In this document: one piece after another, positions 49,827 through 61,475 of the stretch
Layout of the letters: every line of letters starts with the position of its first letter
How positions within the stretch are numbered: the first letter of the stretch is position 1
Source: Eledone cirrhosa
Lineage: Eukaryota
Direction of reading: 5' to 3'
NCBI GenBank assembly: GCA_964016885.1
Contig: OZ024743.1
Span: forward strand, 222,394,001-222,458,000
Length of the DNA stretch: 64,000 nucleotides
Translations under genes and position numbers: made by a program
Notes under the pieces: generated by a model
The model's database searches: none
What the model saw: only the letters and a program-made list of their open reading frames with translations
What the model was told of the DNA's origin: nothing

Positions 49827-51564
49827 TCATCATCATCATCATCAACGTTTAACGTCCGTGTTCCACGCTTGCATGGGTTTGGACGGGGGTAGTCCCACTT
49901 GAGGCAAGAGTGATTGTCTTGCTCGCATAGGACTGTCTGGCAGGTTTTCTACAGTTGGATGCCCTTCCTAACACCAACCACATTTACAGTGTGGGTCTGG
50001 GAGGTTTTTACCGTGTTGCCTACACGGCCACATTACAGCGTGGACTGTGTGTTTTTTTGTCGTGACACCTACACGATCTCGTTTGTTTCGGCCTGGATGG
50101 CGCGGCACCAACATAACTTTACATGGAACGGGGTGGTGTGGATGGGGTGGGGGTGGTGGCGGGACGGGGTGTAGTTTGTTAGAGATGCCTACTGGCAAGG
50201 CGGGTCTTCTCTGTTACTGAGTACCGCCAAAGGTCACGGTCCAGTGACATTGTCTTGGAGAGGTGTAAGTGTATGAGGTCGGAGTTTATCAGCTCATCCC
50301 ATGTTTTTCTAGGTCTGCCTATTCCGTGGCTACCGTCTATCTTTATTGCCCTGCACTTTGTAATACAGCTATCGACTTTCATGCGCATCACGTGTCCATA
50401 CCAACGCAGCCTTCTCTCGAGTAAACAACATCTGATCCCTCTTATCTCTAATTTTTTCCTTAGTTCGTTTATGCTTTGCCGTTCACGTATATTACTGTTA
50501 CACATCCAGCGGAGCATGCAAGCTTCGTTCCTCTCTAGTCTGCGTATATCCTCTGCACACAATGCCCAGGTCTCACTACCATGCAACATTGCTGTTCGTA
50601 TGCAGGCATCGTACAACCTGCCTTTCATTTTTAGAGAGAACCCTTTAGCAGCTAATAGTGGTATAAGCTCTCTGAACTTTTTCCAACCAGTTCTGACTCT
50701 AGCTACAGTACTTTCAGAGCACCCTCCCCCACTGCTGATTTTATCGCCCAGGTAACGGAAGCTGTCCACTATTTCTATAGAACCCTCTGCGCAATTGAAA
50801 GAGCTAGTATTTTGTGGGCACTTGCTGCTACTTATTGCACCAGAACATCGGCCACATGTAAAGTCTATGTTCTTAGTTAGCTTACCTGTGATCCCACTAC
50901 ATCTTTTATGCACCCATACTTTGCATTTAGGACATAAGATGGAGTTTCTACCTACGCCTTTCCTACATACCGAGCACGACCATTTCCCAGAAGGGACCGC
51001 CGCCTTGTTTTCTTTCCTACAAACTAGAACTTTGGTCTTAGCCAGGTTAATTTTAAGTCCTTTTGACTCTAGGCCGTGCTTCCATGTTTGGAATTTCTTC
51101 TCTAGCTCGGCCATTGATTCCGCTATGAGTGTCAGGTCGTCTGCGTATAGGAGTTCCCATGGGCAGCCTGTCTTGAACTCCTCTGTTATAGCCTGAAGGG
51201 CAATAATAAATAGTAGGGGGCTGAGAACAGAGCCCTGATGGACGCCAACTTTTACGCTAAACTCTTCACTATATTCGTTGTTAATTCTAACCTTGCTGAC
51301 TGTTTCTTTATACATGGCTTGTATAGCCCTCACAAGCCATTCGTCAACGCCTAGTTTTCTAAGAGCCCACCAGATAATGGAGCGGGGGACTCTGTCGAAG
51401 GCTTTCTCCAGGTCGACAAAAGCTAAGTAGAGGGGTTTACCTTTAGCTAGGTACTTCTCCTGTAGTTGTCGTACTATGAAAAGAGCGTCTGTGGTGCTTT
51501 TGCCTGACACAAACCCGAACTGCATTTCATCTAGATCAATTCTCTCTCTGATTAGTTGTGCTAT
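49823..51564 (-). mobile_element. RTE-clade LINE, subfamily B, 5'-truncated
   Basis: Uninterrupted RT ORF; 3' UTR differs from subfamily A; (ATC)n tail; TA tracts on both sides. Confidence 0.95.
50179..51564 (-). CDS. RTE reverse transcriptase (truncated) with internal PHD-type finger
   Basis: QFGF, DLEKAFD, QGSVLSP, YADD, FRYLG, RLRWYGH. The MHPIYIY start of the ORF track is read-through from flanking sequence. Confidence 0.9.
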   Translation of the reverse strand: MAQLIRERIDLDEMQFGFVSGKSTTDALFIVRQLQEKYLAKGKPLYLAFVDLEKAFDRVPRSIIWWALRKLGVDEWLVRAIQAMYKETVSKVRINNEYSEEFSVKVGVHQGSVLSPLLFIIALQAITEEFKTGCPWELLYADDLTLIAESMAELEKKFQTWKHGLESKGLKINLAKTKVLVCRKENKAAVPSGKWSCSVCRKGVGRNSILCPKCKVWVHKRCSGITGKLTKNIDFTCGRCSGAISSSKCPQNTSSFNCAEGSIEIVDSFRYLGDKISSGGGCSESTVARVRTGWKKFRELIPLLAAKGFSLKMKGRLYDACIRTAMLHGSETWALCAEDIRRLERNEACMLRWMCNSNIRERQSINELRKKLEIRGIRCCLLERRLRWYGHVMRMKVDSCITKCRAIKIDGSHGIGRPRKTWDELINSDLIHLHLSKTMSLDRDLWRYSVTEKTRLASRHL

Positions 51565-51577
51565 ATATATATATATT

Positions 51578-51922
51578 GGATGCACATGGCTTAGTGGTTA
51601 GAGCATTGGCCTTGCAATCAAAAGGTTGTGAGTTCAATTCTCAGACCGTGTGATGTGTTGTTTCCTTGAGCAAGACACTTTATTTCACATTGCTCCAGTT
51701 TACTCAGCTGTAGAAATGAGATGATAGGGACCTCAGTCCCTATCATTCCACTGCAAAGTGGTCGTGGAGGTGCCACGGCAAAAAAGCACCCAGCACTCAC
51801 TGTAAATGAGGTTGGTGTTAGGAAGGGCATCCAGCTGTAGAAATCAAGCCAGAAGCAGTTCCCGTCCCACCCTTGCAAGCAGGGAAAAAGTGGACGTAAA
51901 ATGAAATGATGATGGTGATGAT
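51578..51922 (+). mobile_element. Full-length tRNA-CORE SINE with RTE-derived tail
   Basis: Box A tggcttagtgg, box B gagttcaattc, CORE-like region, then sequence shared with the RTE-A 3' UTR. Confidence 0.88.
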
Positions 51923-51923
51923 A

Positions 51924-54082
51924 CCCTAACCCCGAGATAAATGACGATATCTCACACTTCTGTAGAAAATTACGTCTCACAGAGGAATTCTTTGACAAGG
52001 AGAATAACGACGAATCAATTGTACGGAATAAAAGCAGCTACAACCCAACAAAAGGTAGAAACAGAGTTCTGGACAAATTTTGTGACCACATAGCTACCTT
52101 CCCATACCATGAACTACCGCAACCTAAACCCAAACACAACACGAGTCGAAGAGAATGGGAGATTATCCATGAACTAAAAAACAATACGGACATTATAATT
52201 AAGGAAGCGGACAAGGGAAGTACTGTTGTCATTATGGAGGCTGAAAAATATAAAAATTCTATGTTCTCTCTCTTACAAAATACTAATTACTATGAAAGAG
52301 TAAAAAACTACCAGCAATAAAAAATAATGACCAAATTAAACACACTGATTTATCGATACCGGGAAGACCTAACTAAAAAGGAACGCGATTATTTAACAAA
52401 TTTTGAATACAAAACCAGCAACCTTTACGGACTTCCGAAGATCCACAAGTGTAAAATAATCAACGATGCCTGTAAACAATCCACCTCAGCCTGCGTGAAC
52501 ACACAATACCCCACAGACCTTAAATTAAGACCAATTGTAGCGGGCCCACAATGTGAAACACACAGATTGAGCAACTTTATAGACATACTACTGAAACCAA
52601 TACTGAAACACATACCAAGCCTTGTAAGAGACGATCTGGACCTCTTAAACCACCTCCCCAAACATGTCAACAACGACACTATTATTGTGTCTTTCGATGT
52701 AGTGAATCTCTACACAACGATCCCACACCAATACGGACTAGAAGCAATAGGATTCTGGCTAGAGAAATATCCCAATGAGATACCTGACAGAATAGAAAAA
52801 AGCTTCATCACCGAGGGATTAAAATTCATCCTACAGAACAACTTTTTTGATTTCGATGGCAATACTTACAAGCAAATATCGGGGACTGCAATGGGTACAA
52901 AAGCCGCTCCAACTTATGCCAGCTTAGTCATGGCATACTTAGAAGTCCAGATATATGAACAGTCCAAATCAAAATACGGATTGAACTTCCACAAATATTT
53001 ATCAGAGAATTGGAAACGCTACTTGGATGATTGCCTCATTCTTTGGTCCCACACACTCGACCAACTGAAGGATTTTAAAAACTTAATAAACGGCATCAAT
53101 AACCACATCCAATTCACAATGGAATACAGCCAAGATCAACTCCCATTTCTGGACATCTTAATCTTAAAAAAAGACACAAATATCGAAACTGACATACACT
53201 ACAAACCAACAGATTCCAAACAATATCTGCTATTCACCTCCAACCATCCAAAGCACACGAAGACGAACATTCCTTTTAACCTAGCAAGAAGAATTTGCAC
53301 AATTGTCTCCAATTATGAAACGCGAAATAAAAGACTTCAAGAATTAAAGGAAATTCTACTCGAGAGAGAGTACCCACTATTACTAATTACTAATAAATAA
53401 TGGAATAGAAAGGGCTAAAGCAATAGGCATTGATGAATTACGGAAACAGAAACAAATTCAAGGTACGTCCAATATTCTATCATATATCTCAACACACAAC
53501 CCAAGAAATGCGGAAGCTTACAACACTATTCACAATAACATCCCACTACTAAAACAAAACCCAAGAATGAAAAAAGCCCTTGAAACACACAAAATAATCA
53601 AAAGCAAAAGACAACCAAAATCACTGAAAACATTACTCACCAATGCCAAATTATCTACCACAAACCCACAACCAAGTATCAAAAAATGTGGTCGCTCTAA
53701 TTGTGGAACCTGCACTCACCTCATTGAAGGCAACACGTATACATTTAAATCAGGACAAAATTTTACTGTAAAAAATCACTTCACTTGCTCATCAAAAAAT
53801 CTAATTTATGCCATTAAATGTAAAGGATGCAATGAAGATTATATAGGACAAACTAAACTCACACTCAGAAACAGAATGACAGTTCATCGCCAACAATTAC
53901 GAGATCCAACCACAAGACAGATACCACTAAGTGCACATCTAGACATTTGCGCAAGTAATAAGACACCCAAATTCCAAGTCTTCCCATTTTACCTTTGCGC
54001 TAACAATACAACAGAACAAATGCGAATAAATAAGGAAAATATGTTTATTCAAAAATATAGACCAACATTAAATATGGTTTAA
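51924..54082 (+). pseudogene. Neptune PLE RT-GIY-YIG ORF with one stop (52318-52320) and one frameshift (~53395)
   Basis: IIIKEADKG, RPIV, SFDVVNLYTTIP, GTAMGTKAAP, RYLDD, LPFLD, CGRSNCGTC, NLIYAIKCKGC..YIGQT..RMTVH. Confidence 0.9.
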
Positions 54083-54589
54083 TATACATTATGTCAACAC
54101 CATAATATGACATACACACACACACACATAACACCTTCTACTTTAGAAAATAAAAACCCGAACTAAATAAACCTTAACATACGTTTGCACTGGCAATACA
54201 ACAGAACAAATACGAATAAGTAAGGAAAATATGTTCATTCAAAAATATTCCTACTAAAGGAATCATTTTCCTACACACACACACACACACACACACACAA
54301 TATATATAATCTTCATCTTCACATGCTAACCATACTCCCACACACATAACACCCATACACACACATAACAACCCCCACACCCACACTCCCTCCCCCATTT
54401 CTACTAATAGAACCACTTTCCTACACACATATATACACACACACAAAATATATATTCTCTCCATCTTAACATACTCGCACACACACACATAACACCCATA
54501 TACACACACACACACAACTCCCTCCCCCATTTCTACTAATAGAATCATCTTCCAATACACACACACACACACACACACACATACACATA

Positions 54590-55210
54590 CACATACACAC
54601 ATACAAGCACACAAATAAACATACATATCTTCACTTCAATAGAAAATCTGAACTCTGACACCCCAGCGAACTAACCATATTCACTGAACCAGACAATTCT
54701 CCCAATCCCATTTCTCTTGACCACTATCTTTCCATTCGCTATAAAGACTACAGAATAGTTTTCCAAATAAAGGCGCAAAAATAAAATGTAATGAAAACTT
54801 GTTCACGTGACAGCCAAATTTCATTTATAACCAATCAAATCACGTTTATTAAAAAAAGGCCTTCGTGAGCCACCTTTTTTAAAGTAAAGAAATTCAAACA
54901 CACACACACAAGCACACAAATAAACACACATATCTTTACTTTCTTTATTCAATAGAAAATCTGAATTCTGACACCCCAGCGAACTAACCATATTCACTGA
55001 ACCAGAACAATTCTCCCATCCCTTTCTCTTGACCATTATCTTTCACTTATCAAAAAATTCTCTAAAAAGGCTACAGAATGGATTTCCAAATAAGGGCACA
55101 AAAATTTAATGAAAATTTGTTCACGTGACAGCCATAATTTCATTTATAACCAACCAAAAAAAAGCCTTCGTGAGCCTCCTTTTTTCAAGTAAAAAGAAAT
55201 TCAAACACTC
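54590..55210. repeat. Two-copy ~305-bp tandem duplication in the PLE 3' region
   Basis: caagcacacaaataaaca...aagaaattcaaacac occurs twice. Also ~150-bp duplicates at 54250-54590 and a partial re-copy of the ORF end at ~54180-54248. Confidence 0.85.
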
Positions 55211-55294
55211 ATATATGAAAAAAACAACCTGTGACAACCCATTCACTCGTGTAGGACACCTCGGTTATTTTTCATTTTGTAAAAAAAACCTCAC

Positions 55295-55330
<36 letters not shown>

Positions 55331-55361
<31 letters not shown>

Positions 55362-57558
55362 CCGTTTTACGTCCGTTCTTCCACGCTAGCATGGGTTAGA
55401 CGGGTTGTCCTGTTGTGTGCAGTGTCTGGTCGGCTGACCATGCCTTGCTCATACAGGAACTGATCTGGCTTGATTTCTACAGCTGGATGCCCTTCCTAAC
55501 ACCAACCTCATTTACAGTGAGTGCTGGGTGCTTTTTCGTGGCGCCTACACGTCCACTTTACAGTGTGGGCTGGGTGCTTTTTTGCCGTGGCACCTCCACG
55601 ACCACCTTGCGGTGGGGGGTGTGGGGGCATTTTGCTTATATGCTTCAGCATGTACCCATGGGAGGTCGGGTACTCTGTATTACTGCGTGACGCCAGAAGT
55701 CACGGTCGTGTGTCATTGTCTTTGGGAGGTGTAATTGGGTAAGGTCAGCTTTTATCACCTCATCCCAGGTCATCTTGGGTCTCCCCACTCCGCGGTTTCC
55801 ATCAACTTCTAGTGCTCTGCACCTTTTTATGCAGCTGTCATCCTTCATACGCATCACATTTCCATACCAGCGCAACCGCCTCTCCTGCACACAGCATTTG
55901 ATTCCTCTTATGCTCAGTCTCTCTGTCAATTCATTTATGCTTTGTTGTTCACGTATATTACTGTTACACATCCATCGGAGCATGCAGGCTTTGTTTCTCT
56001 CTAATCTACGTAAGTCTTCCACCTTCAGCGCCCAGGTCTCACTACCATGCAACATCGCTGTTCGGATACACGCATCATACAGTCTGCCTTTCATTCTGAG
56101 GGAGAAGCCTTTTGCAGCTAGCAGTGGTAGTAGTTCCCTAAACTTCTTCCTTCCCGTTCTTACCCTAGTTATTGTACTTTCTGAACACCCACCTCCGTTG
56201 CTAATTCGGTCACCTAGGTAGCAGAAGCTGTCTACTGTTTCTACAGGGCCCTCCCAGAGATTGGTGGTACTTGTTTCCTGTGGCTGTTTGCTGCTTGCTG
56301 TTTCAGCACAGCTGCTGCATGTGAATCCTACATTCTTAATTAAGCTTCCTGAGATCCCGCTACATCTCTTGTGTACCCATTGATTGCATTTGGGGCAGAG
56401 AATGGAGTTCCTACCTACACCTTTCCTACATACTGAGCAAGGCCATTTCCCTGAGGGGATCTGGGTTCTGTTTTCTCGTCTACTTACAAGGACCTTAGTC
56501 TTTGTCATGTTGACTTTGAGACCCTTTCTTTCTAGTCCCTGCTTCCAGGTTTGGAATTTATTCTCTAGTTCTACCATAGATTCAGCTATGAGTGCGAGGT
56601 CATCAGCATACAGGAGTTCCCATGGGCATCCGGTCTTAAACTCCTCCGTTATTGCCTGCAGGACTATGATGAACAGGAGAGGGCTAACAACAGAGCCCTG
56701 GTGGACCCCAACCTGTACGCTAAATTCCTCGCTATACTCATTGCTAATCCTAACTTTGCTGACTGCTCCCCTACACATGGCTTGTACCGCTTTCACAAGC
56801 CATTCATCTACTCCTAGTTTTCTAAGAGCCCACCAGATTACAACACGTGGAACTCTGTCAAAGGCTTTTTCAAGGTCGACAAATGCCAAGTAGAGTGGCT
56901 TACTTTTAGCTAGGTACTTTTCCTGTAATTGCCTCACAAGGAAGAGGGCATCAGTGGTGCCTCTTCCTGGTACAAACCCAAATTGCATCTCGTCTATTTT
57001 CACCCGGTCCCTAATCAGCTGTGCTATAACTCTTTCTGTTACTTTCATGACCTGGTCCATCAACTTTATACCTCTATAGTTTCCTCTATCTAGTGCATCG
57101 CCTTTACCTTTGTAGCAGTTGACAATGATGCTACTGCACCAATCTTTTGGTATGGCCCCTTCTAGTATTACCTGGTTAACGATACGTGTGGTTATAGTGT
57201 GACCTACAGACCCAGATGCCTTCAGCATCTCGGCAGCTATACCCGGTGGACCGGTTGCCTTCCCCATCTTCATATCTTTGATTGCCTTACTTACTACGCT
57301 GCTGCTGACTTGTACTGCTGGTCCCTCTATAGGGTATACTTGGGGTAGGGTCTCTTCTTCCCATGCATTCTCCTCATTTAGTAATCTATCATAATGACTC
57401 TTCCATGCATCTTTCTTCTCAGCACTTGTGAGGGCAAGCTCACCTTTATCATTCCGGATACACTTCTCTCCAATGGCATCACAACTATCTCTGACACACT
57501 GCCTCGCAATCTTGAATACCTCCTGTTTCTGGTCCTCACGTTGTAAAACATGCTTGAA
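55331..57558 (-). mobile_element. RTE subfamily A, longest copy, 5'-truncated
   Basis: Open frame from FKHVLQREDQ to RPPMGTC*; no APE endonuclease domain in the copy; TA tracts on both sides. Confidence 0.96.
55645..57558 (-). CDS. RTE linker plus reverse transcriptase with PHD-type finger (genuine part of the 882-aa ORF)
   Basis: KATGPPGI, KGKGD, NYRGIKL, QFGF, DLEKAFD, YADD. Confidence 0.9.
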   Translation of the reverse strand, partial: FKHVLQREDQKQEVFKIARQCVRDSCDAIGEKCIRNDKGELALTSAEKKDAWKSHYDRLLNEENAWEEETLPQVYPIEGPAVQVSSSVVSKAIKDMKMGKATGPPGIAAEMLKASGSVGHTITTRIVNQVILEGAIPKDWCSSIIVNCYKGKGDALDRGNYRGIKLMDQVMKVTERVIAQLIRDRVKIDEMQFGFVPGRGTTDALFLVRQLQEKYLAKSKPLYLAFVDLEKAFDRVPRVVIWWALRKLGVDEWLVKAVQAMCRGAVSKVRISNEYSEEFSVQVGVHQGSVVSPLLFIIVLQAITEEFKTGCPWELLYADDLALIAESMVELENKFQTWKQGLERKGLKVNMTKTKVLVSRRENRTQIPSGKWPCSVCRKGVGRNSILCPKCNQWVHKRCSGISGSLIKNVGFTCSSCAETASSKQPQETSTTNLWEGPVETVDSFCYLGDRISNGGGCSESTITRVRTGRKKFRELLPLLAAKGFSLRMKGRLYDACIRTAMLHGSETWALKVEDLRRLERNKACMLRWMCNSNIREQQSINELTERLSIRGIKCCVQERRLRWYGNVMRMKDDSCIKRCRALEVDGNRGVGRPKMTWDEVIKADLTQLHLPKTMTHDRDFWRHAVIQSTRPPMGTC

Positions 57559-57863
57559 AATATAAATAAATATATAATATATATATAAAATATATATATA
57601 TATATATAAAATATATATATATATATATAAAATATATATATATATATAAAATATATATATATATATAAAATATATATATATATATATAAAATATATATAT
57701 ATATAAAATATATATATATATATAAAATATATATATATATATAAAATATATATATATATATATAAAATATATATATATATATATAAAATATATATATATA
57801 TATAAAATATATATATATATATAAAATATATATATATATATAAAATATATATATATATATAAA

Positions 57864-57922
<59 letters not shown>

Positions 57923-58158
57923 TATATATAAAATATATATATATAAAATATATATATATAATATATATATATATAATATATATATATATAATATATATAT
58001 ATAATATATATATATATAATATATATATATATAATATATATATATATAATATATATATATATAATATATATATATATAATATATATATATATAATATATA
58101 TATATATAATATATATATATATAATATATATATATATAATATATATATATATAATATA

Positions 58159-58236
<78 letters not shown>
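57559..58236. repeat. 678-bp pure A/T array: (TA)n punctuated by AAAA, then by AA
   Basis: Direct reading; about 17-21-bp units, then about 15-bp units, then pure (TA)n. Confidence 0.95.
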
Positions 58237-58238
<2 letters not shown>

Positions 58239-58572
58239 CACATGGCTTAGTGGTTAGAGCATTGGCCTTGCAATCGAAAGGTTGTGAGTTCAATTCTCAG
58301 ACCGGGCGATGTGTTGTTCCCTTGAGCAAGACACTTTATTTCACATTGCTCCAGTTTACTCAGCTGTAGAAATGAGATGATGGGGACTGGGGTTTCTATT
58401 ATTCCACTGTAAAGTGGACGTGTAGGTGCCACGGCAAAAAAGCACCCAGCACTCACTGTAAATGAGGTTGGTGTTAGGAAGGGCATCCATCTGTAGAAAT
58501 ATAGCCAGAATCAGTTCCCGTCCCACCCTTGCAAGCAGGGAAAAAGCGGACGTAAAATGAAATGAAATGAAA
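58237..58572 (+). mobile_element. Full-length tRNA-CORE SINE with RTE-derived tail
   Basis: Same family as 51578-51922; (AAATG)n terminus. Confidence 0.9.
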
Positions 58573-59068
58573 TATGCGTGCGTGTGCATATATATGAGTG
58601 AGTATATGTATATATATATCATCATCATATCCAATCCTATCCAGAGTATTTTCACTCTTATTTGAGGAACCCCTGCCAGGTTGACCTCCACTGCTATCTG
58701 TTTGATTTTGGTCATGTCAGGGCTGTAGTGGTACTCAACACGCTCGCCCATTTGCGAGTTGGTGGGGCTATTTAACCCATAGTTGGGATGGATGGCCATT
58801 AACTCTGAGGTGTCCATCCATCCTTTTAACACCTCTCGCTCTTTGTGTTGCTGGGGTTCCACTTATCCTCCTCACCAGACCAAGTCAGTTTAGTCACTTA
58901 CCACTCAACCACGAAGCAGGTAATACTGGGTTACATGGTGCCAGTAGCAGGCAGAAGCCTCACCTAACAAATATATATATAAAACACCCTGTAACCAAGA
59001 GAAACTCCAGAGTAACAAGAGCCAAGCTTAGAGTTCTTGCTGCCGTCATTACTAAGTAATGTACATAT

Positions 59069-59545
59069 ATCATCATCATTGTTTGATATCTATTCTCCAT
59101 ATTTTCATGGGTTAGGTTGTCACGTTATGAGATGTCAGGTCCTGAGACCACATTTTACTCATACAGATCTGTATTTTGGCTTGGTTTCTACAGCTTGATG
59201 CCCTTCCTAACAGCAGCCATGTTCCAGTGTGGGCTGGGTGCTTTTTATCTTGGCACCGAAATTACCACCTTACAGGGTGGACTGGGTGCTTTTGTTGAGT
59301 CACCAACACGACCACTTTACAGGGTGGACTGAGTGCTTTTTCTCGAGTCACCAACATGACTATCTTACAGGATGGACTGGGTGATTTTTGTTGTGTCACC
59401 AGCACGACCACCTTACAGGGTGGACAGTGTGCTTCTTCTTGAGTCACCAACATGACCACTTTACAGGATAGACTGGGTGCTTTTGTTACTGTGGCACCAG
59501 ATCAGCATACAGAGTGAATTTAGTGCTTTTTGTCATGGCAAAAGC
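59069..59545 (-). mobile_element. Old RTE-related 3' UTR with expanded ~39-bp tandem unit
   Basis: (ATC)n tail; about six copies of caYgaccacYttacagggtggactgggtgcttttgttgagtcaccaa-like unit. Confidence 0.75.
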
Positions 59546-59609
59546 ATTGTGGGAGATCAGATGTCAAACATGTCCAGCTTTCATGGGCTGGGCAGGTGAG
59601 ATGTATACA

Positions 59610-59648
<39 letters not shown>

Positions 59649-59814
59649 TGTGTGTGTGTGTGTGTGTGTTTTAGTTTACTGTTTTTTTTATGTTCCATGA
59701 TGTAGTGGTTCAACACAAAGAGATCGATAAAATAAGTATAAAACGTTGAAACATAAGTACTAGGGTCGATATGATTGACTAAATTCCTGCTACAGTGATT
59801 GGAAATGTCCATGA

Positions 59815-60540
59815 TAACTATGGTGATGATGATGGTATCAATGATGGTAGTTGTGGGGTAGATGAAAATGATAATGGTGGTAAAGGTACTGATAAATGTG
59901 AAAGTGGTTTTGGTAGTTTGAAATAGTAGTTGGTTTGATGGCAGTGGTGGTGGTTGTATAGGGATGATAATGGCAGTGGTGGGGATGATATAGCAATGGT
60001 GGTGATAAAGATATGATAGTGATGGTAATGAGGTGGGAGAGATGATGATGATAGTGATGATGGTGATAAAGTTGATAAAGATTTTGATAGTTGATGGTGG
60101 TAGTGGTGGTGGTAATTATGATAGTGATGAACATAATGGTGGTGTTGGTGATGATGATGGCATCTTAGTGGTGATAAAATTGATAACAATTTTGAAGGTT
60201 GTTTAAACTGATAATGGTTGTTTTAATGGTGGTGGTCATGGTGGTGACGACGGTAGTGGTGGAAATGATGATCATAATAGTGGTATTGATGATGATGATG
60301 ATGGCATGGTAGTGGTGATAAAGTTGATGGTGGTTTGATACAATAATAGTAGTGGCAGTGGTATTGGTGGTGGTGGTGGTGGTGGTGGTATAGGGATAAT
60401 GATGGTAGTTGTTTAGTGATGATATAGTGAAGATGGTGGTTGGTGATGGTATGATAGTGGTGATGGAACAATATAGTGATGGTGGAGGTGATGATGATGA
60501 TAGTGGTAGTGGTGATATAGTTATGACGATGATGGTGGGG
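59815..60540. repeat. (GAT/GGT)n low-complexity region
   Basis: Direct reading; source of the His-rich ORFs. Confidence 0.9.
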
Positions 60541-60674
60541 GGGGGGGGGGGTTGTACTGAAAAGTTTAAGATTCATTATATATTACACCACTTATGATTC
60601 ATCTTGTCTGTGGCTGGGTGGGTGGGAGTTTGTCTGTGGGTGGGCGGAACACATGCACTTGTTTGCATCTATGG

Positions 60675-60805
60675 TCATGTGTGTGTGTGTGTGTGTGTGA
60701 TCACATGTGTGTATGAGCATGGAGGTGTGACTGTGATCACGTGTGTGTATGTGCATAGAAGTGTGTCTGTGATCACGTGTGTGTATGTGCATGGCAGTGT
60801 CTGAT

Positions 60806-60858
<53 letters not shown>

Positions 60859-60880
60859 ATGCATGGCAGTGTGTATAACT
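60675..60880. repeat. (TG)n with a ~36-bp tandem unit
   Basis: tgtgatcacRtgtgtgtatgWgcat three times. Confidence 0.75.
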
Positions 60881-61074
60881 GAAATTGGAATTACTACATC
60901 ATATCCTGTGGTCTTTTGATCAAGACTTCCTAAATGTGTCTCCTCAATCAATAATTTCCTATGTGGCACACATAAAAATATGCTTCACATCTCTCTCTAC
61001 CAAATATCCAACCCAGTTACCCAGTTTCTATATTCTAATAAATACCACATATACTCATGTATTATTCAACCAAC

Positions 61075-61475
61075 TGTGAAAACAGAATTAGGAATCAAAA
61101 GATCCCTTCAGGAAAGTGGCCCTGCTCAATCAATATGTATAAAAGGAGCAGGCATAAACTCCATACGATGTACTCAATGTAAACCTTGGGTACATGAGAG
61201 ATGTAATGGGATAACAGGTAGATTAACAGTAAGGGAAAACTTTGTATGTAGAAGAAGCACAGAGGTAATCAACAGGAAGAGCGTCAGTGATATAAACCTT
61301 TCCCAATCACATGAAGGATCCCCATAGAAGTGGTTAATAGCTACTACTATCTAGGTGACCTAATTAACAGCAGAGGAGGGTTCTCTGAGAGCACTGTAGC
61401 TAGAATAAGGATAGGATGGAAGAAGTTTACAGAGATACTCCCACTGTTGATAATGAAAAGGTTTCTCCCTACATA
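61075..61475 (+). pseudogene. Old degenerate RTE RT fragment including the PHD-type finger
   Basis: SICIKGAGINSIRCTQCKPWVHERCNGITGRL...FVC, then YYLGD and RIRIGWKKF. Confidence 0.8.

Larger units (their letters stand above)
51923..55300 (+). mobile_element. Penelope-like element, Neptune clade, 5'-truncated
   Basis: RT plus C-terminal GIY-YIG with Cys linker; long 3' region with tandem duplications, ending at (TA)n. Confidence 0.88.

Noticed and set aside
55645-58293. 882-aa ORF as a novel IY-repeat/RT fusion protein
   Set aside because: The N-terminal part is stop-free read-through of a (TA)n array and an antisense SINE head; only 55645-57558 is RTE coding sequence.
58237-58305. tRNA gene
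   Set aside because: Box A and B are present, but there is no complete acceptor stem and the sequence continues into the CORE domain; it is a SINE head (likewise 51578).
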